DNA from: a virus
Taxonomy: Duplodnaviria; Caudoviricetes
Reading direction: 5' to 3' (one strand)
Virus record (IMG/VR): IMGVR_UViG_3300017649_000011
Coordinates: 1-37,543 of that record
Length of the DNA stretch: 37,543 nucleotides
Positions 24,459 to 32,492 of this stretch are shown here, in pieces. Position 1 is the stretch's first letter. Every line of letters begins with the position of its first letter. The translations under genes were made by a program, and so were the position numbers. A model generated the notes under the pieces. That model saw only the letters and a list, made by a program, of their open reading frames with translations. It made no database searches and was not told the origin of the DNA.

Positions 24459-26708
24459 GTGCCAAGCGTGCTCACCATCAACGGCGTGGATTACGACCAG
24501 AGCGGCCGCAAGGCGTCGTCTCTGGTGGTCGATGGCTTTGGATGGGATCTTGATGGGGATTTCTGGCTCGAATTCCACGAATACGCGGCCGGATACCAGC
24601 CTCGATTCACCGGCCCGCGCGCCGTCTCGTACACCGACGCCGACGAGGTGTTGCGCTTCGCGGGCGACATCGTTGGCGTGCAGCCGGGGTGGTCGGACGA
24701 GGGCCGCACATGGGGCTACCGATGCTCCGGGCTCAAGACCCGCTGCAACCAGATCCCCGTAACCGGGATCGACGGCTCCGGCGTGCTCGCCTACAACCTC
24801 CGTTTGGTGGATGAGGATTACGTCCAAGACCTCGCGGGCAAGAGCGTGGGCGACATTCTGGAGGCCGTGCTGACGCTGCACGCGACGGCCCTCGGGGCTC
24901 TTGGCGTCTCGACCGACGCGACCACCGCCGCTCAGTTGGCGACGATGACGCTGGTTCCCCCCGATCCGGTGTACGTCCAGGGCGAGCGGCTGATGGACGC
25001 CCTCGATTCGATCCTTCGCAACCACCAAAAGCACGTCCGGCTCGTGGTGTTGCCCTCCGGGCTCGTGCGGTTCGTGGACGTGACGGCGGGGACGGCGCGG
25101 ACGCTCACGCTCGGCGTCGATCCGGTGGACCCGCCGCTCTTCTCGCGCGACTGGTCTTCCTGCGCCACGCGGGTTGTGGTCCGGGGGCGGGGCAAGATCG
25201 CCCCGGCGAACCTCTCGCTCTCCGACGAAACGCTCGTCCCAGCGTGGGACGGGACGCAGCAAAGCAATTGGAAGTGGGCCGACTTCGCCGCGCCGGGGGA
25301 CGCCTACGACAAGGGCGCGGTCACGGCGGTCAACGGCCCGACCTCCATCACCGTCGCGTCGTCGTTCTCCGGCCGGACCTGGCCGGCCAACTTCTGGAAC
25401 GATCGGCAGGCGTGGATTTATCTGACCAAGACGACGGGGACGGGGCTCACCTACAAGGAGGCGCGGCCCGTCACGGCGTGTTCGGCTCTCTCCTCCGGCG
25501 GGACGGCGACGATCACCCTGGGGCATCCCCTCGAAAACGCTGGGATGGGGGCCTTCGACGAATACGAGTTGATCGGCCGCGTCGCCCAACTTGGCGACGA
25601 CGGGCTCAACAACGTCTGGAGGCTGCTCAACGTCGTCACCCCGGGCGGATGGGTTGAGTCGCACATGGTCAAGCAGTTCCCGGTGCCGGTCCCGTTCGTG
25701 GGGATCAACAACGCATCGGCGTTCATGACCTCCGCGCCGGTCTGCATGATCGTCTACCAGGGCAACGCCTTCCCCGCGACGTTTCGCGTGCTTCCCGAGA
25801 CGGGGCAAATCCTCTTCGACCGGCCCATTGTCGAGACGATCAACCAGCCTCAGGCGCTCGAGGCGGGCGGTTCTGGGATCAACATCCCCGACGATCTCAT
25901 CGTGTTGCTTCCCTACTCGCGGGGAGCGCTCGAGGCTCCGTACCCTCCCGATGTGGCGGGATCTCCCCAATACGCGGGCCTGGCCTACTCCCAAGCGGGG
26001 CTGGAGCGGACGCGCTACGCCGACGTGGACAGTTGGGCCTACGAGGGCAATTACAACCAGATGGCCGACCTCGCGGCGATGCTCCATCGCTCCGTTTGTG
26101 ATACCGTCGTGGCCGGTTCCGTGCGGTACAAGGGGGCCTATAAGGACGTTTGGGGGCCCGACATCGGCCACCGGCTCAACATCGCGGCGGCGTGCGGAGC
26201 GACCGGCGACGAGGCTCTAAACGCCCCGGTGCGGTCGGTCGCGGTGCGGCTCCACTGGCAGGGCGGCGGGCTCCTGGCGGAAACGACGATGCAGGTCTCG
26301 ACCCGACGCGATCCGACCACCAGCGAAGGGTACTACTGCCACCTGTCGCAGCTTGGATCGGGGGGCATGTCCGGCGGCTTCGCGACGTTGGGCGGCCCGA
26401 TGGGTCCGATGGGCGGGGGGTTCGCGCCGCCGACGTTCGGCGCGGGCGGCGGGTTCGGCCTCGGGGGGGGCGGCGGCGGCGGTCGCAACACCTACCGCAA
26501 GCCCGGCAACACCCAATGGAAGGACGTGGAGAAGAAGACCGGCGATCAGGTGAAGCTGGAGGGGCTCGACAAATGGGCCGACAAGAACCGCGAAGCCGAG
26601 CGCGTGCGGATCGAGGGGCGGCGCAAGGGCGCGGACAAGGCGCTGGACCGGGCGGAACGGGACGGCCTGTACATGGGCGGCGGCGACGTTGACGGAGGAC
26701 TCGCGTAA
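24459..26708 (+). CDS. Tail tip/baseplate hub protein with Gly-rich C-terminal tail
   Basis: 749 aa after the tape measure; LVVLPSGLVRF and ATRVVVRGRG hub-type motifs. Confidence 0.65.
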   Translation: MPSVLTINGVDYDQSGRKASSLVVDGFGWDLDGDFWLEFHEYAAGYQPRFTGPRAVSYTDADEVLRFAGDIVGVQPGWSDEGRTWGYRCSGLKTRCNQIPVTGIDGSGVLAYNLRLVDEDYVQDLAGKSVGDILEAVLTLHATALGALGVSTDATTAAQLATMTLVPPDPVYVQGERLMDALDSILRNHQKHVRLVVLPSGLVRFVDVTAGTARTLTLGVDPVDPPLFSRDWSSCATRVVVRGRGKIAPANLSLSDETLVPAWDGTQQSNWKWADFAAPGDAYDKGAVTAVNGPTSITVASSFSGRTWPANFWNDRQAWIYLTKTTGTGLTYKEARPVTACSALSSGGTATITLGHPLENAGMGAFDEYELIGRVAQLGDDGLNNVWRLLNVVTPGGWVESHMVKQFPVPVPFVGINNASAFMTSAPVCMIVYQGNAFPATFRVLPETGQILFDRPIVETINQPQALEAGGSGINIPDDLIVLLPYSRGALEAPYPPDVAGSPQYAGLAYSQAGLERTRYADVDSWAYEGNYNQMADLAAMLHRSVCDTVVAGSVRYKGAYKDVWGPDIGHRLNIAAACGATGDEALNAPVRSVAVRLHWQGGGLLAETTMQVSTRRDPTTSEGYYCHLSQLGSGGMSGGFATLGGPMGPMGGGFAPPTFGAGGGFGLGGGGGGGRNTYRKPGNTQWKDVEKKTGDQVKLEGLDKWADKNREAERVRIEGRRKGADKALDRAERDGLYMGGGDVDGGLA

Positions 26709-27379
26709 TGGACTGGCCGGGACGCATCACGATTCTCGAAGACCTCATGCGGCGGCTCTCCCGCGCGCTCGCCGACATGGACGCGCGGCTCAGGCGCGCG
26801 GAGCAGAACATCGGGCAGATCGCCAGGGGCGGCGGCGGCGGCGGGAGTCCCGCGATCGAGCCCGTGTACTTCGTCGAGGTTAATACGACCGTTCCCGGCG
26901 CGGTCATCGTGTTTCCGGGCGCGGCGTTGAACCGTCAGCCATCCGTGTTCACGGGCATGGTTAGGCGGGCGATCATTCCGAGCCCGTCATCGGGCGACGG
27001 GCTCGAAAACATGCCTGGGGGGCCGCAGACGATTCGATGGTGGGGATGCGCGAGTCTTTATACGGGCGAGATTCTTCCCGTGGTTAAGGCCCCCGACGGC
27101 ACCTTCGATATCGTGGATAGGAACGTAATCGCCATCGGCAAAGTGCAAAACCCCGACCCATCGGAGCCGATGGAGGGTGGGCAAATGCTGGAGGTTATCA
27201 ACGCGAAAACCTATCGCGAATTCCAAGCTGGAACGTACAGCACAAGCGCGCCGCAAGCCACCATTCCCAGCGTCTGGGCGTTGGGTCCGAACAATCGAAC
27301 CGTGGCGAACAACGCAGAGGTGCGAGTCCACATGATGATGGATTACTGCGTAATGGACGGCATAGTCAACATCACATAG
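26708..27379 (+). CDS. Tail tip / receptor-binding protein candidate
   Basis: N-terminal coiled coil, poly-Gly hinge and beta-rich lower-GC C-terminus; last gene of the late operon. Confidence 0.6.
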   Translation: MDWPGRITILEDLMRRLSRALADMDARLRRAEQNIGQIARGGGGGGSPAIEPVYFVEVNTTVPGAVIVFPGAALNRQPSVFTGMVRRAIIPSPSSGDGLENMPGGPQTIRWWGCASLYTGEILPVVKAPDGTFDIVDRNVIAIGKVQNPDPSEPMEGGQMLEVINAKTYREFQAGTYSTSAPQATIPSVWALGPNNRTVANNAEVRVHMMMDYCVMDGIVNIT

Positions 27380-27417
27380 GCGACCCAGCCGCCGACCGAA
27401 GCGAGCCGCCGCGAGCA

Positions 27418-27453
27418 ACCGCCCTCCCCATCGCCGGGGCGGGGCGGTTTTTT
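27418..27453 (+). terminator. Late operon terminator
   Basis: ACCGCCCTCCCC...GGGGCGGGGCGGT imperfect stem followed by a T run. Confidence 0.7.
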
Positions 27454-27509
27454 CATGCGCGCCGCCTGTTCACTACATGCGCAAAATCATAAGCGGCGAA
27501 AGAATTGTC

Positions 27510-27538
27510 TTGCATTGGCCGACAGTTCGGCGTATAGT
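27510..27538 (+). promoter_or_regulatory. Sigma70 promoter of the attP-proximal cassette
   Basis: TTGCAT-N17-TATAGT with A-rich upstream sequence. Confidence 0.7.
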
Positions 27539-27584
27539 TATTACAGACGGGGAGAGACGAGGCCAACCAACGGGAGACGAGACG

Positions 27585-27857
27585 ATGGCGACCGCCGCTT
27601 ACAAGACCTGGAAAGTTGCCGACTGCACGATCATCAAGAAGCGGGACGAGGACGGCGACATCAGCTACTCCGTCGTCGAGCCGGGCCGGGCCTGGGCCGA
27701 AAACTTCGACACGCTCGCCGACGCCCGCGAGTACATCCGGGACGCCAAGAACAATGAGACGATGGACGAGATCCACGGCCTCCTGGGCGACCTGGACCTG
27801 AGCGACAAGGCGACCACCCGGAAGCTCGCGGCGATCCTGGCCTATCTTAAGAAGTGA
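27585..27857 (+). CDS. Hypothetical protein (90 aa)
   Basis: GGAG RBS, ATG 27585, strong codon bias. Confidence 0.7.
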   Translation: MATAAYKTWKVADCTIIKKRDEDGDISYSVVEPGRAWAENFDTLADAREYIRDAKNNETMDEIHGLLGDLDLSDKATTRKLAAILAYLKK

Positions 27858-27903
27858 CGGCACCAGCCCCCGGGCGTTCCGGGGGCGAAACCCAACCCCA
27901 AGC

Positions 27904-28389
27904 ATGAAGACAAGACCGATGAGCAAGGCAACGGCGGACGAACTGGTGGCGGCGGCGCGGGCGGGACTGAGCACGATCCGCGAGCGGACGGGGACCGGGG
28001 CCTGGGGGTTCGGCTACATCGCCGAAGGCCGGGTCGATGGCAAGTGGGTTCCGATCCCATCCGAAGAGGCGTCAGCGGCGTCGGAGGCGTTTTTCGCCGC
28101 CCCGCCAAAGGGCGCGGATCTGCTGGATCGCGTTGACGCGATCCGCTATCGGCACCGCGCGCCGGAGAGGGCGCCGTTTGTTTCCGCTCCGGCGGAAAAC
28201 CTGATCGGCGTCGAAAACCGCGCGGACGACGCGATCAACGAGCATGAAAGCATCTGGGCCAAGCCGGGCGTGGTGGCGGAAGACGCCGTTGCGATCCTGC
28301 GCAGGCTCGCCGGCCGGGTTGACGAGGATAAGCTTCAGGCCGCGATCGAGGCCGTTAAGGCCCTCGTCGGAGAAACCGAGAGCAACTGA
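27904..28389 (+). CDS. Hypothetical protein
   Basis: Second gene of the cassette; start may be 27919. Confidence 0.6.
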   Translation: MKTRPMSKATADELVAAARAGLSTIRERTGTGAWGFGYIAEGRVDGKWVPIPSEEASAASEAFFAAPPKGADLLDRVDAIRYRHRAPERAPFVSAPAENLIGVENRADDAINEHESIWAKPGVVAEDAVAILRRLAGRVDEDKLQAAIEAVKALVGETESN

Positions 28390-28445
28390 CGTCCCCAAGC
28401 CCCGCCGGGCGCCCGGCGGGGCGTCCTCGCGCGAGGAGCGAAGCC

Positions 28446-28634
28446 ATGCCACCCAATCCCGACAAAACGCCGCCGGTGAATCGCCATCGGCGGAAAATCA
28501 CCCTCACGCTCGCCGACGAGACCTTCGCGGCGATCGAGCAACGGCTCCGCGAGAACCCCGGCCTTCGAACCCTCTCGGCGGCGGTGGACGACCTGATCTT
28601 GCGGCCGGGGCGAACGGACGAGAAAGATCGATAG
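28446..28634 (+). CDS. Small ribbon-helix-helix (CopG-like) protein
   Basis: RRKITLTLADETFAAIE...TLSAAVDDLI; GAGGAG RBS. Confidence 0.7.
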   Translation: MPPNPDKTPPVNRHRRKITLTLADETFAAIEQRLRENPGLRTLSAAVDDLILRPGRTDEKDR

Positions 28635-28640
28635 GGCGCT

Positions 28641-28922
28641 GCTACCCGGGTAGCATTCTGGGTAGCAGTCTCAGTACGGACGCTGGTGGCTCGCGTCGGT
28701 CAATCGGTGGTTCAGCGCAAGCAGAAGGGCCGTCGCTTGATCGCGGCGGCCCCTGTATTTGGCGGGCTCTGGCGGTTGTGGGTGGCTTGATTCGGATTAA
28801 GGCGCCGCCCGGATTCGAACCGGGGATGGAGGTTTTGCAGACCTCCGCTCTTTCGGCGCAACGTGGTTCACGCCATCGCCTTGCGAAGTGGTTCGGCGGG
28901 ACTGGTAGCGTCTGGGGTAGCG
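28641..28922. other. attP: attP with arm-type integrase sites
   Basis: GGTAGC/GCTACC repeats at 28641-28666 and 28904-28921 flank the tRNA-derived core; adjacent to int. Confidence 0.8.
28800..28848 (-). tRNA. 3' portion of tRNA-Cys(GCA): attP core, not a full gene
   Basis: Minus strand GAGGT-CTGCAAA-ACCTC anticodon arm, CCCGG-TTCGAAT-CCGGG T-arm, CGGCGCC-T with U73; no D-arm. Confidence 0.9.
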
Positions 28923-30106
28923 GTTGGCTTGAGGCTGGGCAGGCTTGACGCCGCGGCCTCAAGATCGACGACGCGCGGTCGCGTGTACCTGGCCGTCAGT
29001 TCAAGCGTCGAGTGACGCATGAGTTTTTGGACGACGCGCGGCGTCACTCCGGCGGCGTCGGCCAGGGTGGCGAACTGGCACCGAAGGGCGTGAAAGTCGA
29101 ACACCAGCCCGGCGGCGTCCCGGTAGGGGATGCCCGCCCGCGCCAGGTCGCTTCGCAACAGCCTCGCGCCCTTCTGCCAGGGCAGCTTGAAGACCGCCTC
29201 CCCGGCGCCGAACCGGGCGATGTGCTCGGCCAGGTCGGCGACCAGATCGGGGGGTAGGGGCTGGGTCGCGGTTTCGCCGTTTTTGCAGTAGCCGGCCTCG
29301 ACCGTCACGGTCGGCGACTCGCCAAGGTCGAAGCTCTCGGGGGTCAAACTGGACAACTCCTCGTAGCGCAGCCCGGTCGCGGCGGCGAGCCGGTAGCATA
29401 GAGCTCTGGTTGGTCCGTCGAGCTTGGCGACGGTTGGGCCGTCGTGCGCCGCTTGCACCAACTTCCGCATGTCCTCGACGGAGAGCGTTCGGCGGTCGTG
29501 GCGTCGATCCTCCTTGACGTTGTATCCAGTGACCCCCATGAGCGGATCGCCGTTGAGTCGCCCCGTGAGTCGGCACCAGTGCGCGAACGCCCGCGCCGAG
29601 GTCCGGTAGTGGTTGCAAGTCTGGGCGCTCCAGCCCTCGGCCCGGAGCCGAGCCAGGGCGGATTGGACCGCCTCCCCGGTCAGGGTGGACAGCCGGGCCC
29701 GGCCGATGGCCTTGGACAGCCTCTCGCGTGACTCCACGCGGTAGGCGTTGAGCATACTCCGAACGTCGTGGGCGTCCGGCGCGGCGCCGAGCACGATCGT
29801 CACGAGCCGACGGACCCGGTTCGACGCGATCGTGATGTAGCCGGGGCTGTGCCCCTTGGCCCGCATGTCGGCCTCCCAGGCGTCGATGTGGTCGGAGAGC
29901 GGCTTCGATTCGTGGCCGCGCTGGGTTTCGGTCCGCGCGTCGATCACCCCCTCTTTGAGCAGGGCGACCCGGTTCTCCAGGTTCCGCGCGATCCGCTCGG
30001 TTGTTTGCTTGTCGGCCGCGCCGGTCTTTTTGCGACGGCGGCCCGTCTCGTCATGGTAGAGGATGACGTATTTGGTTTTGCCATTCGGCTTAAAGATGCT
30101 CGCCAT
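28868..30106 (-). CDS. int: Tyrosine integrase
   Basis: TGLRYEE (R), CKNG (K), FHALR (HxxR), MRHS (H), TARY (Y); N-terminal arm-binding domain. Confidence 0.97.
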   Translation of the reverse strand: MASIFKPNGKTKYVILYHDETGRRRKKTGAADKQTTERIARNLENRVALLKEGVIDARTETQRGHESKPLSDHIDAWEADMRAKGHSPGYITIASNRVRRLVTIVLGAAPDAHDVRSMLNAYRVESRERLSKAIGRARLSTLTGEAVQSALARLRAEGWSAQTCNHYRTSARAFAHWCRLTGRLNGDPLMGVTGYNVKEDRRHDRRTLSVEDMRKLVQAAHDGPTVAKLDGPTRALCYRLAAATGLRYEELSSLTPESFDLGESPTVTVEAGYCKNGETATQPLPPDLVADLAEHIARFGAGEAVFKLPWQKGARLLRSDLARAGIPYRDAAGLVFDFHALRCQFATLADAAGVTPRVVQKLMRHSTLELTARYTRPRVVDLEAAASSLPSLKPTATPDATSPAEPLRKAMA

Positions 30107-30138
30107 TTGGAGTCTCCCGTTGCCCGCCGGCGCGGACT

Positions 30139-30351
30139 TTAGATCACGCCGCTGGACGAGTCAAGCCAGGTCCGCACCGTGTCCGGGCGCCACCGCAGGT
30201 TGCGGCCGATCCGCAGATCCGGTTTCGGGAGCGAGCCGGAAGACCTCAGCCTCTCCACGGAACGGCGGGTAACTCCCAGCACGGCCGCGATGTCGGCGAT
30301 GGACATGAGCGGCTCGATCGGCTGCGGCTTCTGGATGCTGGCCGTCTTCAT
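30139..30351 (-). CDS. xis: Excisionase (AlpA/HTH_17-like)
   Basis: LMSIADIAAVLGVTRRSVERLRSSGSLPKPDLRIGRNLRW; immediately upstream of int. Confidence 0.85.
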   Translation of the reverse strand: MKTASIQKPQPIEPLMSIADIAAVLGVTRRSVERLRSSGSLPKPDLRIGRNLRWRPDTVRTWLDSSSGVI

Positions 30352-30557
30352 CGCGCCACCCCCCGCACCTGAAGCCCGCGCGGACGGCACATCTCGTTCC
30401 ACGCGCGAACAGCCTCGGTCTCCGACGCGCGGACGGGCCCTCGGGCGCGGCAGTGGACGTTGGCGCATTCGACGCTGGTGTTTGGCCAAACATCGATGAT
30501 TTGAAAGTGGCTCCCGCCACAGCACAAGCACGGGTCAATCTTGGTTCGCTTGCTCAT
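30348..30557 (-). CDS. Lar-like restriction alleviation protein
   Basis: PCLCCGG...VECANVHCRARGP...EAVRAWN pattern; ATGA overlaps. Confidence 0.75.
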   Translation of the reverse strand: MSKRTKIDPCLCCGGSHFQIIDVWPNTSVECANVHCRARGPVRASETEAVRAWNEMCRPRGLQVRGVAR

Positions 30558-31171
30558 ATCGTCGCCCCCATCTCGTAACGAAGCCTGTCCATCGCCTCCG
30601 TCTCGATCTGCCGGATTCGCTCCCGGCCCACGCCCCACGTCGCGGAGATCGCCTTGAGCGTCTCCCCGGTCGCGCGGCGGAGGAGGATGTCCCGATGCCG
30701 CTCCGGGAGCCGCGGCAAAGCCCGGCGGAGTCGTCGGGCCGCCGTCTCCCGCTCGTCGGCCGCCTCGACGGCGCGAGCCGCATCGTCCACCACCGCCGGG
30801 TGGAAAGCGTCGTTGGTGGCGTCGAAGCGCGTCGCGCCGTGGGCTGTCTCAATCTGCTTGAGATGCTTGCCCCGGCCCCTTCGGGCGTCTTCGGCCGCGT
30901 GGCTGGGCACGCGAATCAACGTGTCCTCGTTGATGTACCGCTGGGTCGCCTGGCGAATCCAGTAGTTCGCGTAGGTGCTGAACTTGGCCTTGGCCGGGTC
31001 GTATTTTTGCGCCGCCCGCATGAGGCCGAAGACGCCCGCCTGCACGAGATCGTCGTGCTTTGGATGCTCGCGACCGTAGCGGCGAAGAACGAAACCGTAG
31101 ACCAACCCGACATTCGCCTCGACCATCGCCCGCTGCTCGTCGGTGAGCCGCTTGTCAATCTTCGTCACCAT
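30554..31171 (-). CDS. Sigma-70 family RNA polymerase sigma factor
   Basis: DLVQAGVFGLMRAAQKYDP, KFSTYANYWIRQA (region 2) and TLKAISATWGVGRERIRQIE (region 4). Confidence 0.92.
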   Translation of the reverse strand: MVTKIDKRLTDEQRAMVEANVGLVYGFVLRRYGREHPKHDDLVQAGVFGLMRAAQKYDPAKAKFSTYANYWIRQATQRYINEDTLIRVPSHAAEDARRGRGKHLKQIETAHGATRFDATNDAFHPAVVDDAARAVEAADERETAARRLRRALPRLPERHRDILLRRATGETLKAISATWGVGRERIRQIETEAMDRLRYEMGATI

Positions 31172-31352
31172 ATTCGCCCTCCCTCTTGGCCTCACGCTCC
31201 GCCAGCCACACCCCGAACGCCTCGGCGCACTTCGGGCACAGGTCAACGGTTTGCCGCTGGTAACGCAGCGGCCCGCAATCGACGGACAGCAGCGAGCGGT
31301 CGATGTCGATGCGTTCGCCGCAGCGGTCGCAAAGGATGATGGTGGTGGTCAC
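31155..31352 (-). CDS. Small zinc-ribbon protein
   Basis: CDRCG...DLCPKC; GTG start overlapping the upstream stop. Confidence 0.7.
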   Translation of the reverse strand: MTTTIILCDRCGERIDIDRSLLSVDCGPLRYQRQTVDLCPKCAEAFGVWLAEREAKREGEYGDED

Positions 31353-31738
31353 GGCCTGGCCTCCCACTCGGCGAGGAAGCCCTCGATATCTGCATAGGAG
31401 ATGCGACCGACGGTTCCGATGTCGAAAATGAGGCAATCGCCAGCCGGAACACGGCCAAGAACGTCAGAATAGAACGCCTTGTCAGCCCGATCTTTGACCG
31501 CTCGAAGCGCCGCTGTCACCCGCCGCGTGGCCGGCATGTCGCGGCCACCGTCCCGCTCCAGCTTCTCGGCGATGGCGATGGCCTCGAAGGCGGTCAACTC
31601 CGCCGGAAAGGGCGTGTCTTCTCCGGCGTAAGGCGGCGTTCCGACGCAAACGTAGCGACCTTCAGTCCGATCGGCCCGCCACTCGTGGTTGTTATGTTTA
31701 TGCTCATTCAGCACCCGCACCGCGTCGTCGATGTTCAT
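31349..31738 (-). CDS. Hypothetical protein
   Basis: AAGGAG RBS; overlapping stop/start codons with neighbours. Confidence 0.65.
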   Translation of the reverse strand: MNIDDAVRVLNEHKHNNHEWRADRTEGRYVCVGTPPYAGEDTPFPAELTAFEAIAIAEKLERDGGRDMPATRRVTAALRAVKDRADKAFYSDVLGRVPAGDCLIFDIGTVGRISYADIEGFLAEWEARP

Positions 31739-31917
31739 GCGTTGCTCCTTTGCTCTTGTGTCTCGTCTACTTTCCGCACGTCCCAGCCGAGCTTGCGAAG
31801 CCTTTCAGTGGCGATGCCGATCGTGAACGGCTCAACGCCCGCGATCAGTTCGGCGAACCACTGGATGGCCTGGACCGCCTCATTCATTCGTTTGCCGTCG
31901 TCGGCCTTGCCGCTCAC
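31735..31917 (-). CDS. Small hypothetical protein
   Basis: GTGA overlap with the HNH stop and ATGA overlap downstream; alternative start 31887. Confidence 0.5.
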   Translation of the reverse strand: MSGKADDGKRMNEAVQAIQWFAELIAGVEPFTIGIATERLRKLGWDVRKVDETQEQRSNA

Positions 31918-32492
31918 GCCCCGCCCCCTTCCGGCATCTCGCGGACGCGCAGATCCTCGGGCCATTCCAAGAATGACCAAGCCTTGCCCTGTTGAATCCT
32001 CTGGACCAATGAACGAGCCACGCCGTAGCGAGCGGCGATAACCCTCTGGCCGAGCCTCCCTTTGAGCGAACGGATCTCCATGACTTGATCTCTAGTGAGC
32101 TTCGCTCTTCCGTTTTTCTCGCCAGGAAGCGGACGGTATCGGTGCAATCCACTGGCGACGGCGTGAGCGACATTCTCTTGCGGCGTCACCCATTCCAGAT
32201 TTGCGGGAACGTTGTTTCGTTTGTGGCCATCCTTGTGGTTGACGTGCATTCCACGGGATGGCATGCGGCCGTGAAACGCGGCGCAAACCAGAATATGCAC
32301 GCCGAACTTTGTCCGTTTGTCGTTTCTGTAGAGCCACACCGCGAGATAGCCGCCGGATGCGAACTGGCTTAACACGCGGCCTGGCGTAGCTCCCCTGCAA
32401 GCCAAAACCCGCCTCACTTGGCCACGATCGGAGGCCTCATAGACGCCTTCGTACCCTGGGATGGCTCGCCACTCCTCATGCGGTTCGATCAT
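31914..32492 (-). CDS. NUMOD4-HNH homing endonuclease
   Basis: EEWRAIPGYEGVYEASDRGQVR (NUMOD4), VHILVCAAFHG...VNHKDGHKRNNVPANLEW (HNH), C-terminal HTH. Confidence 0.93.
   Translation of the reverse strand: MIEPHEEWRAIPGYEGVYEASDRGQVRRVLACRGATPGRVLSQFASGGYLAVWLYRNDKRTKFGVHILVCAAFHGRMPSRGMHVNHKDGHKRNNVPANLEWVTPQENVAHAVASGLHRYRPLPGEKNGRAKLTRDQVMEIRSLKGRLGQRVIAARYGVARSLVQRIQQGKAWSFLEWPEDLRVREMPEGGGA

Noticed and set aside
24432-26171. Long antisense ORFs (e.g. 24432..26171, 22839..24170, 1597..2970) and alternate-frame 18910..20448
   Set aside because: Shadow frames expected in GC-rich coding DNA; no motifs, and they overlap better-supported genes.
26463-26470. G8 tract as a phase-variation switch
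   Set aside because: Short run within a poly-Gly coding stretch and the frame is intact; explained by amino-acid composition.
26708-27379. Diversity-generating retroelement target
   Set aside because: No reverse transcriptase and no TR/VR repeat pair seen in the genome.
28800-28848. Functional full-length tRNA-Cys gene
   Set aside because: The D-arm and first acceptor pair are missing; position beside int fits an attP core.
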